From assembly GCA_965603825.1 (NCBI GenBank), contig CBFDEM010000058.1, positions 434,001 to 498,000 on the forward strand: a stretch of 64,000 nucleotides of DNA. Reading direction: 5' to 3'. A program made the translations under genes and the position numbers. Shown here piece after piece: positions 50,473 through 63,244 of the stretch (positions are counted from its first letter, which is position 1; each line of letters starts with the position of its first letter). The notes under the pieces were generated by a model. It saw only the letters and a list, made by a program, of their open reading frames with translations, did no database searches and was not told the DNA's origin. The DNA comes from Blepharisma stoltei ATCC 30299 (lineage: Eukaryota > Protista > Ciliophora).

Positions 50473-51888
50473 TTACTCCTCTGTATACATGTCATCAACC
50501 CTATCCACAACAATTGAGCCTCTTCTAGGATCTTTAACTGCCACATCTCTCATAGTTGGCGCTCTTCTAAACTCATGCAAAACTTCCACACTCGGCACAA
50601 CTTCGGGGATTTTCCCAGGATCTTTCCTAGTAACTTTTATATTTGACTGGTTAAGTTCTAAAATTAGGCAGGAAATATCATCAATCATCACATCTTCTTC
50701 CTCAATGATCGTTTGCCATCGAATTCTTGCTTCTTCACATAATAGCTGAGCTATGCATGTATTTTCCGGCTTAATAACTTCAAGCATTGGTCTTGAGTCA
50801 AGACCTCTTATGCATTTATTTCTGTAATATTCGATGAAATGGACTACATCTTCATTTTCAAGCACGTCCCAAACTCCATCAGATGCAGCGACTATAAAGT
50901 AGTCTTCATATCCTGAGAGCTTATAGTTAGTGCATACAGGATTTGCAATAACTCCTACACGTTTACCTCTGGTATCTCCTATGGATCTGCTCATTGCAAG
51001 CCCTGGGCCGTTGGAGTAGAGTTCCCAGACTCTATAAGGCCCAATTCTGTTGCCAAGCTCATCTGTGAGTTGTTGGACTCTGCCGCCGTTTTTTATGATT
51101 CTTGATAATTCTTCAGGATCTTCGGGCTTTTGATCTCTTGTTAGCTGCAGTGCATGAATTGCAGGGTTTGGAACACTGTTTCTGCGCTTTTTCACTTCAT
51201 CAAGCATTTTTCGATCTTCGCCTATAATTGCAGGTGGGGCTGGGAGCACTTCTGGGACACATGAAGTGGCCAAAACAGCTCGAGAGTCACCTACACTTGC
51301 AGAGTATAAATAGTTACCATAATAATACACTAAAACCCCAGTACTGCATATACATTACCTTCCTGAGTTAGTAGCATTAATATTGTTTACTGGGTTTCTA
51401 ACCTCATCATCACATTTTTTGATGATTGCATTGAGGAATTCTGTTGGATTTGCCTATTTAAAATATACGGCATATTCGTGTTTATGAGCTGTAAAAAACT
51501 CATCTACAGTCGTTGCACAAAGATCTACAACCTTTTCTCCTTCAGATCCATGCCCGTCGAACAATGCCATTAAAACGCTGTCTGCATCATTGCAAAATAA
51601 GCATAAATCTTGACACTTTTTTTCAATTTCTCCATGTGGATCAAGCCCTGGCAAAACACAAGAAGATGCCCAAAAGCTCCGATTTTCGAACTCAATTTTT
51701 CTTGATGAGCATAAAACGGGCTCGGTGTGGTTATAAGATAAAGTATTAGTTCCAGCGATTTTCCCTGTATTTGTCCTTTGCTTTACTTGCACTGTGGCCT
51801 TACGGAGATAGTTGCGAATGTCAGCAGATTCCAACTTTTTTAAACTGACATGTCTTTTGCCTTTGCTAGAGCTAATGATACATCCCAT
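50473..51888 (-). CDS. protein phosphatase 2C (PPM) with MGC acylation motif
   Basis: CQD, FDGHG, SGST (across intron 51344-51358), VGDSRAV, GLAMSRSIGD, ASDGVWD and DDIS motifs; intron 51454-51468. Confidence 0.92.
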
Positions 51889-52217
51889 TTTGTTTATCAA
51901 GAAGTAATGCAACTTTGAGGGTTTTTTACTCAATATGGGGAAATTCTGAAATAAGCGGAATAGAAAGGAGAAGGATTTGATAAAGAAATACAGTTTTAAT
52001 GTTTATTGTAGAGAACTGAATAACAGTTTTTTTTAATGAGAAGATTTAATTTAATTAAAGTTTGTAGACATCAAATCAGTAAATTTTATAGAGATCTGAG
52101 AATTTTATTGCAATAAAAAATATTTATTTATTAATATTTTCATTTTAGCAAATAGAGCATCATATAGCCAGATTTATAGTCCATGCTTTTTGTATTAGAA
52201 AACAACCTGGAGTTTTT

Positions 52218-54156
52218 TACTAAATAAGTAAATATGATTTTTTTCTAATAAGTAATTTTTAGATATCTGAGTAAAAATTATGAACGAATAAAATAGAAAA
52301 ATTAATTTTAAAGACCCAATAACTTCACTCGATCAATATCTTATTTAGCTCAAAAAAATAACCAAACACATCGAAAATATTTTAGCATCTCTATTAACAA
52401 TAAATATTTTTATTATTGCAAAGATAATAATAATAATAATAAATAATATGGAATCCAATCAAATTCCAAGTGAATTGAAAGCAGACAATCAAGATCATGC
52501 TGATTTCGATGCGCACCCAAAGTATTCTGCGCATGGAGAAAATAGTGAAGTTGAGATAAATCACTTAAAAGAGCTTATTTTGATATTTCGAAGGTCATCT
52601 GAATTTCTCTCCCTTGAAGATTCATTAACACTGTTGTGCCTGAATAAGTATATAAGACAGCATATTGCAAACTCAGAATGAGAAACGATGGTAAGTGCTA
52701 AAGCTTTCTCAAAGTTTCTCGAAGAAAATTACCAGGCAGATTTTATTAGTACACTTCAAGAATATGATATAAACTTCCACAATCTATACAACAACTTTGT
52801 AAAATCTGAAAATTTACTTAAAAATCCTTGCGGAGAGCTTGGATTTCAGTATTGGCATAAGGATGGAGACTGAAGATTTTCTAAAAAAGGCACCTGGAAA
52901 AATAAATCAAGATGCTTTTGCACATCAAATAGTTGGGCTAAACTTTCTCAAGAAATTCAGTTGGAAGACAAGCAATCTCGTAAAATTTTATTGGCAAAGA
53001 GTTATGTTGCAAGAAGAGTTGATTGCGATAGCACTGCACAATTTACAGTCGAAGGTTATGAGTATGAAAGCTGAAATACAATTTTTGATACAGGAAAATT
53101 CCTTCATCCTTATAATGAAGTTGTTAAAAGCCCTTCATGTGGATGAATGAAAGTAGATTTTATGAAAGTAATCAACCCAAATAATAGAATTCTACTAAAT
53201 AAGTGAATATGAATACTTAATATTTTTCTAATAAAGTAACTTTTAGATATCTGGGTAAAATTATGAACAAATTAAATAGAAAAATTAATTTTAGAAGGCC
53301 CAAAACTTAACTCAATCAATATCTTATTTAGCTCAAAAAAATAACAAAACAAATCGAAAATATTTTAGCATCTCTATTAACAATAAATATTTTTATTATT
53401 GCAAAGATAATTATAAATAATATGGGCTCCAATCAAACTTCAAGTGAATTGAAAAAAGGCAGTCAAGATCGTGCTGATTCCGATGTATCACACCTAAAGT
53501 ATGCTGCGCATGGGGAAAATAGTGAAGTTGAGATAAATCACTTAAAAGAGCTTATTTTGATATTTCGAAGGTCATCTGAATTTCTCTCCCTTGAAGATTC
53601 ATTAACACTGTTGTGCCTGAATAAGTATATAAGACAGCATATTGCAAACTCAGAATGAGAAATGATAGTAAGTGTTAAAGCTTGCTCAAAGTTTCTCAAT
53701 GAAAATTACCAGACAGATTTTATTAGTACATTTCAAGACTATGATATAAACTTTCACAATTTATACAACAACTTTGTAAAATCTGAAAATTTACTTAAAA
53801 ATCCTTGTGGAGAGCTAGCATTTCAGTATTGAAATAAAGATGGAGACTGAAGATTTTCTAAAAAAGGCACCTGGAAAAATAAATCAAGATGCTTTTGCAC
53901 ATCAAATAGTTGGGCTAAACTTTCACAAGAAATTCAATTGAAAGACGAGCGATCTCATAAGGTTTTATTAGCAAAGAGTTATGTTGCAAGAAGATTTGAT
54001 TGCGATAGCACTGCAAAATTTACAGTCGAAGGCTATGAGAATAATAGCTGAAATACAATTTTTGATACAGGAGAATTCCTTCCTCCTTATAGTGAAGTTG
54101 TTAAAAGCCCTTCATGTGGATGAATGAAAGTAGATTTTATGAAAGTAATCAACCCT
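52218..54156 (+). repeat. recent tandem duplication of about 960 bp (about 52218-53178 and 53194-54156)
   Basis: Upstream region and coding sequence are both repeated at high identity. Confidence 0.92.
52448..53239 (+). pseudogene. 3'-truncated copy of the F-box/FBA gene (truncated paralog or pseudogene)
   Basis: Near-identical to 53422-54264 up to about 53178, then runs into the duplicated upstream region; lacks the GKD..FWSGYYG end; TAA 53237-53239. Confidence 0.7.
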
Positions 54157-54264
54157 GGGCTAAATAAAATAAAGGTAACTATAGCAGGTAAGGACAATAA
54201 ATTTTGGAGTGGATATTATGGGCCAAGATTTGGGTATACTGATATTCGAATAATAAATATTTAA
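53422..54264 (+). CDS. F-box-like + FBA (Fbs/FBXO2-FBXO6-type sugar-binding) domain protein, 280 aa
   Basis: NLLKNPCGE, ARRFDC and GKDNKFWSGYYGPRF motifs; several TGA=Trp; TAA 54262-54264. Confidence 0.82.
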
Positions 54265-54948
54265 GGTCTCTATATAAGAATTACGAAATTTGAGTTAAAA
54301 ATTTCTTTACAATATCAAGAAAAATTAAATATATGAAATTAGATTATAATTTTAGTAGATCACTGTGAAAATTTTATTCATACGATAAATAATTTATTAT
54401 TTAAATAATAAGTAAATAAAGAATATATAAAGCCATTTTTTAAATTATTTAATATACAATTAAAGAAAAAAAATTATTATCACTGATACTTTGTTTAAAA
54501 ATAATTCAGCCTCCTTGTTTATCTTCAATTCAGGGATGCTATTTTTTATAAATACAACTTCAATTAAAATCGTGATAACAAAGTAAAAACCACAAAGAAA
54601 AACCATTTCTTTATAATTAAGCTAATGAACTTTATTACAATCTATTTGCTGCGCATTTGAATTGAATAAACTCTTAATTATAGCAAAGCATGTTGACCCA
54701 TCAATAGCATGAAGTTAAAGAAGCTCCAATGCAAACTGTTCACTATTAATTACTAGTAAATTTCCTTAATTCAATTCTATGCTGTTGCAACTGCATTTAT
54801 TATATTCTTGAGTAGATTATAAATCGCAGAGTTCAATAAAATATAATAATATCTGGCCATTGCTCTTCATGCTATTTAATTTACAGAAATTATTATTTTA
54901 TAAAAATATAGAAAGCTGTAATAGCTTTAAAGAATTTATAATTATAAA

Positions 54949-56466
54949 ATGGTGAGATACTTTTACGAAGAAGGAAGAGTCTGCGAACCTCAAACAGATA
55001 TCAGAGAAATATTTTGGAATAAATTAAAATTAGATCAAGATATATCTCAAATGTCGTCTTGTATAGATCCAAAAATTCAAGAAGCTATTCTAAACCAAAT
55101 CGCTTCACTTCAAAATTCTATACATTCAACCAAAGAAAAATACACGAAAAAGGCTCAAAATCTGATTACTCTTATAAATCAGAAACTAAATAAAGCAATA
55201 GCGAAGCTCGACATCCTTGAAAAAAATTCAAATAAACTGATCAGAAATATACTAATCTCGCAAGATAATTTAACAGAAAGCGAAAATTTACTTGACTTTT
55301 CCAAAGCTGAAATCGAGCATGGGCTTGTTCACTATGAGTCTCCAAGCATATCCAGCAATGGGATTTATATAGAAATTTCAAACCTATTTAATGAAGAAAT
55401 TGGCACTACTCCTCTAGTTTTTAGCCTTAATAAGTTTAATGAGTCTTTTTCAATTAAACTAAAAGAGGCCTTAGACAAAAACGACATAAAGCGCTCTGAA
55501 AAATTGCTTAACGAATGATGAGAAGTTCTGAACAAGTGGGAGCCAGACAATTTAATCAGAAATATGAACATTCTTTATCAGAGCGTAAAACCATTCAATA
55601 ATAAAAATTTATTAGAAAAAATCGAGCCATATATAAATATCAGCTTGACGTCATCTGCGAGGTACGATTTAGAAAGCCTCAGCGAGCTATCTGAAATTTA
55701 TGCCGATTTAGGGCTTTACTATAAATCCAAGATGAGTTTTACAAAAGCAATTGAGTATCTCGATAAGTTTCAAAAAACAATAGAAATCATCCCTGGAAAA
55801 ATCAATAGAAGAGTATGGGCTTTATTTGAGCTCGGAACACTGAGCCTTTCTAAGAAAATCAAATTCTTTGATAAAGCTATCTCATATTTAAAAGCTTCAG
55901 AGGAATTAGGTGGGCTTAATGCTAATCCAGAAGGCTACAGGAATTTGGGCAAATTGTTTTCAAATAGAGAATTTTATGAATTTGCTTTAGGTTATTACAA
56001 TAAATATTTAAGTTCGCAAGGAAGGAAAAAACAGAAATATTTAGCAAATACTTATAGATGTATAGGTAATTGCTATATGAAAATTGACTCGTCTGATTTA
56101 GACAAAGCCAAAGAAGCATATGATAAAGCTGAAAATTTACTAGAAAATGCTTTAAATTTAGAAGATGAAAAAGCTGAACTAAGTCTAGACTTATCCCACT
56201 ATTATGAGGCGATTGAGAACTATAGCTTAGCTTTAAATTATATTTCTTATACACAAAAAGTTTATGAGGAAAAACGAAATAAAAATTTGATGAATCTTTA
56301 TTATACCATTGGGAAGCTTTATCATTTAAGCAAAGAATGGGAAAACGCAAAAAAATATTATGATAAATGCTTGAAAAATAAAGAAAAACTGAATGAACAG
56401 ATTCAGAAATGGCTAATTATACAAGCACATCAAGTTTATACGAGGCTGGGTTTGAAGTTTATATAA
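54949..56466 (+). CDS. coiled-coil + TPR repeat protein, 505 aa
   Basis: 54949-55518 and 55564-56466 are in frame via TGA-TGA at 55516-55521; TPR motifs (Y..LG..Y....Y..A..YY.K). Confidence 0.8.
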
Positions 56467-56629
56467 TATAAATTAAATTATTATGGAATTAGCCATATAA
56501 TCTTTAAAAGTAAGGCAATTATTTTTTGAATTAATGAAAGCGTATTAAATTTGTTGAAATAAAAATTTACAAAGGCGACTTTTCGATTCCATACAATATT
56601 TATTAAATATATCCATAAATTATCTTCAT

Positions 56630-57646
56630 TTATTGATTTACAACTCTAACTCTTTGTCTTCTCTGATCATTATCTTCCCCCTTTACTTCTTCAATCTCCT
56701 GCGCTTTTTGGTCTTCCGGAGCTCTTCTACTCTATATAAGCTTTACATGATTCATAATAGTCCAATCATAAATAAAATCGTATTGATATCCTTCTCTGAA
56801 AAATAAATCTTTAAACATCCTTTTCAGATACGAATAGTCAGGCCTATCCTCAAACCTCAGCCCTCTACAATAATTCATATACAACGAAAACTCAGCGGGG
56901 TGTCCCCTGCACAATTGATCTACAGTAGTAGCCATCTTTCTTTCCATAATTCTCTCGTATTTTTCTTTTTTATCCGCTGCTCTTAATCCTTGCCATGGCA
57001 AACTTCCTCTTAAAAAATATAGCAAAACGTATCCTAACCCTTCTAAATCGTCTCTTCTTGATTGTTCTATACCCAAATGTGTGTTGATTGACGTATATCT
57101 TGCAGTCCCCGTCAAATTTTTCCCTTCTCTATATGGGATGTGCTGTTGTGTTTTTGGGTCTCGGTATTTTTTGGCCAATCCGAAATCAATAACATAGATT
57201 TGGTTAGCTTTTTTGCCAAGGCCGACCAGAAAGTTATCAGGCTTAATATCTCGATGCAAGAGGTTCTTTGCATGGATAAACTCCACCCTTGATATCATTT
57301 GGTCAGCTAATATCAGAACCGTTTTGAGCGAAAATTTTCGATTACAAAAGGTCAACAGATCTTCTAAGGATGGACCTAAAAGGTCGATGACCATGATGTT
57401 GTAGTCACCTTCTATACCGTATCAATGGATTACGGGAACCCCTACGCCACCTTGGAGGATTCTATAGATTTTAGACTCATATATAAGCTGTGGATGCCGG
57501 GTTTGGGTTCTTTCGAGTTTGATCGCGACTTCTTCGTTTGTTTGGATATTAGTACCAAGGTAAATTTCCCCAAATGAGCCACTACCGATTTTTCGGCCTA
57601 GTCTGTATTTACCACCGACTCGTATTTCTACTCCTGGAAGATTCAT
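56630..57646 (-). CDS. casein kinase I
   Basis: IGSGSFG, HPQL.YE, H-W(TGA 57422)-[25 protein letters not shown] and EQSRRDD motifs; intron 56732-56746; TAA 56630-56632. Confidence 0.95.
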
Positions 57647-57892
57647 TTTTATAGCTGTGGATATATGAAAAGATAAAAGGCTGGGATTTGCATGTATATA
57701 ATTTAAAAGAGAGTTTATTAATTTTGATGGCTTCTATGAATATATTAAATATTTAATAATAATTTCTGCATAAAAGACTGAAATTGAAAAGAATTCAAAT
57801 AATTTAAACATTGCAGAGTCCTTTCATATTGAATGAATAAATCTTACAAAATAAATATAGCATAGAGAGATATTTTACAAATTTATAAATAA

Positions 57893-58473
57893 ATGGGATG
57901 CTCATTTGCTTTGTTGAGTAAAAAAGACCCCAAAGTATTTGCAAAATAGGTTGGCTACATTGCATTAGAAATAGAAAAAGGAACTCCTAAAGTCCTCGAA
58001 ATGCTAAAAAGCTTAAAAGACTGACCAAATTACAAGATGAGACAAGTAACAACGACTTAGACTTCTTGATCCTTTCTACATTTAGCTTGCTGATATGGGC
58101 ACGACTGGCTTGCTAACGAAATGATTAGCAACGGGGCTGACCCTCTGGCTCTAGATTGTGTAATATCTATAAAGAATAACGAAACTCCTTTACATCTTGC
58201 TGCCTATCGAGGCCACTTAAAAGTTATTAGCGTTTTGCTTAAAGCTGGAAGTGACCAAAATGCAGAAAATCTTGTAAAGCTCTAACATAGTATGGAAAAA
58301 CTCCATATCAATTAGCAAAAGAAAATGGCTTTGACAAAGATTACGACTTATTGGAAAACCTTGATATAACCAGAGATGATGCTTGATGTGAAATAAGGAA
58401 AAGTAAAGAACTCTGTAATGTGGACACTATGCTATGAAAAAATAGTCAAATAAATAATTTAGTTAGCATTTAA
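57893..58473 (+). CDS. small ankyrin-repeat protein with MGC acylation motif (absent from the ORF track)
   Basis: ATG 57893; introns 57935-57949, 58046-58060, 58160-58174 and 58274-58290; SFLHLAC-W-YGH, ETPLHLAAYRGH and YGKTP; first TAA at 58471-58473. Confidence 0.82.
58274..58290 (+). other. 17-nt intron (gtaaagctctaacatag)
   Basis: Only local GT..AG that restores the ankyrin frame ENL|YGKTP; A at -6. Confidence 0.75.
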
Positions 58474-58510
58474 TGCGAAATTTGAAAAATTGCTAATAAA
58501 TACAATAATT

Positions 58511-59086
58511 ATGCTTAAGAGCAAATCAAAAACCAAAAGAGTCCCAAAGCTTTTCCTCAATCAAATATTGACAATAGCTTCCCCATATGCTTCTTCATCT
58601 AAACCTACCACAAAGCGACATCAAGATACCGTTTTGATGACAAAACACCCTACACTTCATCGACGAATAGGCTCAGAGTGCATAATTCGTCCGGCCACCT
58701 CAAAACGAAAACTATCAATTCCTTACTCAGGGTCCCCTCAAATGCTCCCAAAACCCAAATCAGCTGCTCGAATTCATTCAAATAAGCCTATCAATGTTTT
58801 AGCTCCTTTAAATTTGCATGATAAAATCAAAGCATTTTGCGAGCCTGAAGTTAATTTTCCTATATCTCCAAGAAGTACAGCTATGAATGAATTAGCAGAA
58901 TATTATGAAAAGAAAGCAAGTTTAAAAATTGGGAAAGCTGTAAGCCAATCGCCATTAAAGCGCAGGGAAATAAAGACTAACGACGATGCTTTGGATTCTT
59001 TAAATTTATCGCCAATTTCGATAAAAGATGATATAACGTCTTTTTTGCTGAAAAGTTCAGCAGGATCTCAGCCTATAGAAAAGTAA
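58511..59086 (+). CDS. hypothetical basic Ser/Pro-rich protein
   Basis: ATG 58511 within the ORF 58490-59086. Confidence 0.65.
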   Translation: MLKSKSKTKRVPKLFLNQILTIASPYASSSKPTTKRHQDTVLMTKHPTLHRRIGSECIIRPATSKRKLSIPYSGSPQMLPKPKSAARIHSNKPINVLAPLNLHDKIKAFCEPEVNFPISPRSTAMNELAEYYEKKASLKIGKAVSQSPLKRREIKTNDDALDSLNLSPISIKDDITSFLLKSSAGSQPIEK

Positions 59087-59208
59087 TGGATATTTAGGTA
59101 TGACAAAAGTTTTAGAAAGCTGATTAAGGTTTTGGGAAAAGCAAGTAAATCGTAGCGATTTATTAATGGAATTGTATGAAGATTTATATATTTAAGAAAA
59201 GTTTTTAA

Positions 59209-61314
59209 TTAGTCTTCCTTGACTTTGTCATAATAAATTTTGATAATTGGACCATGAATATCGTTTTGAGAAGAAATATATGTATCAGGTCCTGCAGTGG
59301 TTTCTTTAAATTCGAATTTTGTGCAATCAGATCCTACAGCAAACTCTGGCTTATCTAATGGATTTCCTCTATAAACAAAGTTTGCATTAATTTTCATCTG
59401 AATTGTCCAGAAAGTGTTCATAGGAATTTCAACTTTTTCAGTAAAAAATATATCTTGGACAAATTCTTTAAAAACAAAATGCTCACCCCTGACCATAATA
59501 TTGTCAGGATTTCTCATAGAATTTTCACCTTCAAAGATTGCAATATGATCAATTACATAGTTTTCGTTGCAATCAAGGGGTATAGAAACTCCTAAGCCAG
59601 CAATTTTAATTCTGTGGTCAGCTTTAAAAGTGACAGCTTCAATTTGATGGTTTTCCGTATCAATGAACCATGGATTGTATGGGAAAGCACACTGGCCGTC
59701 CCATTTTTGAGGTGGCATAACAGTTAAAAATCTGCATAAAACTGCCCTTGAGTTCTCAAGTTTTTCATCTTGAAGGATTTCTCTGCCTTTAAGGTTTTCC
59801 GCAAATTGTTTCTCTTTTGCTGATCTTATATGCTTTATAATATCAACCTTTGCTTGATTTGAATACTTTCCATCTTCTAAATCTTGGGCGGAAACTGATA
59901 TTTTTTCTAATACTCTTTCCTTTTCATCAATCTTTATTATAAAATCCTTCAATAGAACTGATATATTTTCTCCATTATCCCAAATTTTTTCTGAATCCTG
60001 GCAGTTTTTATTGCATTCTTCACAAGCAAATTTCATCAATTTTTTTTGGTAATAACTTGCATGAATTCCTCTATGCAAGTCGCATTTTACCTGAGTGAAT
60101 AAGGCTAAATCGCAAAAAAATTTCGATATCGGATAGTAATTTTCGCCATGTAATTCTTGGCAGTAATCACAAGGGTGCTGGCTTTTATTATTTATACACA
60201 TAACGCATACAACTTTTTTACAAGGAAGGACTCTTGGTGTATGAAATTCTAAATTAAAATATAACTTGCATGCCGGACATTTAGGAGCTTCAAAATTGGG
60301 AGCAAAAATTTTTATTGGCGAAAGTTCTAATAAAAGCTCTCCGTTTATAGGACATTGAGGATTATCTTCGTTTATATTTTCGCTAAAGCAGACATTGCAG
60401 ATTATATGCCTCTCTCCACAAGGGATTTGAAGTGGGTATATTTCAGAAAAAATATAGCCTTTGCCACAAAGCTCACATGTGCTGCCATTAAATGGCAGAG
60501 CAACTTGAATTTCTTGCCCCTTTTTATTCACATCTATTAGCTCTTTAATATCTCCTATAAGCTGACTTAAAAGCATATGTTTGTGCTTTGCTAATTCTCT
60601 CTTCAATAAATTCGAGGACACATGAACAGGGAGCTCTTCTATTAACTCTTCTATTCGTTTTGCAAGGAGTTCTTTAAGTTCATGATTCCTTAAAATGGGC
60701 ACAAAAGATTGGCTGTTCCTTGGCATTACACAGATATCACAAAATGTTCTTCCTTTTTCTGGGTTGACCAATGTGGCTTGCCTATCTGGATGTCTGTCGC
60801 AGTTCACAGTGTTAGCGATCTCCACCAATTTTTTGTATGCTTTATATTTATGGCTTGTTGAATCACTTCTCGCATTTCTTATGGATCGATGGTCTTCTGC
60901 ACTCATTGCATTCTTGCATTCTTTATAGAGCTTTGCTATTCTATTCGAAAAATATTGATCTGCATTGTCTTCTAAGCTTTTTAAATATTTTTGATCTCTC
61001 GTTTGTGCGCACTCTAAACAAAGACATTGAATGCTATTTTTATCAAAGTACGAAGAAATTTTATCAGGATGATTATCACAGAAGATTTGGATATTCATTA
61101 TGCTAGACAACAGTCCCCAATTCACTGGTAGATCATCGATAGAGTCCAGAATTAAAGCTCCCTTACATAAAGGACAAATGACTTCAGGATTCTTTTTTCA
61201 TAAAGTCATTATACATTCAGTGCATAAAGAGTGACCACATTTCGGAAATATGCGAGGAGGCTTTGATACAGTGTCGAAATTGGATAAGCAAATTGGGCAA
61301 ACAATAGAATCCAT
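59209..61314 (-). CDS. RING + B-box + further RING-like fingers + C-terminal PHR-like domain protein (putative E3 ligase), 701 aa
   Basis: ATG 61314: CPIC...PR..PKCGHSLCTEC...CPLC; B-boxes C..H...C..C; C-terminal 'RF...W....EAVTF..D..I.I.G.G...F...V.I..N...F.F...GPI..IYY'. Confidence 0.82.
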
Positions 61315-61351
61315 TTTAATTTCTATAAATAAAATAGTAGAATTATTATCT

Positions 61352-63244
61352 TTATCTGTTATAATAGATTTTTATAATAGGCCCATGCAAGTAATTTTGG
61401 TATGAAATGTTCATCGACTTGTGGCTAGCAAGAACTTTACTAGAGAATTCAAAGCTGGTGCCATCAGACCCTATATTAATAAGAGGCCCGTCAAGAGGAC
61501 TCCCTCTAAACACCTCTTCAGCTTCTATTTTTACCTGAATTGTATATCAATCATCTTTATCAATCGGAAAATCTTCAAAATAAAAGTCTTCAACAATTTT
61601 TTCCCCAGTGAAATTTACGTTATTTATTAGATTATTGTATGGTATCATTTTTGCAACTTCTCCTTTTTCTATTGCAATATATCTAATGCAAGCATTTCGG
61701 GCATCTTTTAAAGGTGCTGAAATTCCAAACCCAGTAATAGCAACCCCAGGGGTAGAAGTCCTGAAAGTTAAAACTTCAACTTGGTCAAGAATCGCGTTAA
61801 TTTTTCATGGAGAGTAAATAGAGTTCTCATCATGGCTTATAAGAGGGGGCATAAGACTATGGAATCTGGTTAGCACAGTATTCCCATTTTCAATGTTATC
61901 GTTATAACACACAGAAACTCCTCTAAGAATGGGCCTAAAGTTTATTATATTCCCATTCAGAAGCCAATATATTAAATCAATCATTTGCTGATTTGAATAC
62001 CTTCAATGCTTCACATCATTAAAAACTGATCTATGATTGCTTTCTTTTCTTTCCAAAATAAAAATTCGAAGTATTTCTGCTATATTTTCATTAAAAAATA
62101 CTGCACCTTCATTTTCTGGCTCCTTTTTACAGTCTATGCACATTGGCTTCATGGAGTCAGATTTAATTGTGATGTCAGTTATTTTTGGGTGTTTATAGCA
62201 TCGAATTTGATGGAATAAAATAAAATCAGTTATTAGTCTGGATTGCTTAAAGTAAGATTCAGGATGTAATTGAGTGCAGAATCTGCAATTTGAGGTTGAA
62301 AAACCTGCATCGCTTACGCAGTTTAGGCATAAGGTATTTAAACAAGGAAGGATTTTGGGAGATTGAAGAGTTAAATTGAATTGAGTATTACATCCCAGAC
62401 ATTTAGGAATTTTTTCTCAGAAATATCGTATAGAAGTGTCGGGAAAGGTATCGAAGTCTATAGGACAATAATATCTTGAGTTTATTTTTGAATTCTCCAA
62501 ACACCTTTGACATATTAAATGCTTTTTTAAACAGGGTATTCTTATCCTCTCAGTTTCTGAGTCACATTTTTCGCATGTGTTTGGTGAAAATAGCCTCACT
62601 TGATTAGTTCTAATTGATCAAAGGTCTTTGAGATATTGCATGAGTTTTCTTAGGGATAAGTCATAAATAGAGTTTTTATCATTTCTGAGCCTCTTAACAA
62701 ATAAATCATCATCCTTACTTTCCCTTATATATTCTTTTATTTTCAAAATTAGCTTGCGATTTAGGTCCATCCGATTATCTTTAACCGCTTCTAGTCCACC
62801 AATAGTGCGTTGGGGATCATCACTGTACCAAGCCCCTGTTTGGATGTCAATAAAAGTGACTGGCAGACCATCGCTGGTATTAGGAATTATTTTATCAAAC
62901 TCTAGTAAATCAGTGAAAATTTCCGCTTGGGTTTGCTTTGACAGTCTTTTATATAAAATGCATTGCTCAAGCCTTTCAGGAGGTAATTGATTTTTATATT
63001 CATTATAAAACAATTCCACAAGTTGATACCTCAGATGCTTGAATTCTTTTGAATCTGCCCTAATTAAGTGGTCCTCTTTTGAAGAGTGATTTTTACAGGT
63101 ATCGCAGATAAACTCTTTAGATGTTCTGCAATACGAAATTGCAAGCTCATTTTGATGATTCCTACAAAAACCAAAATTTTCAGAGTCCATATTTCTATTA
63201 TTTTTATTAAATCGATTTTGAATATTCTGATGAGAATGATCCAA
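61352..63244 (-). CDS. paralogous B-box/RING/PHR-like protein, 630 aa
   Basis: Frame continues through TGAs at 62618, 62417 and further downstream; ends QNYLHGPIIKIYYNR*, parallel to the neighbour's QNDIHGPIIKIYYDK. Confidence 0.8.
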
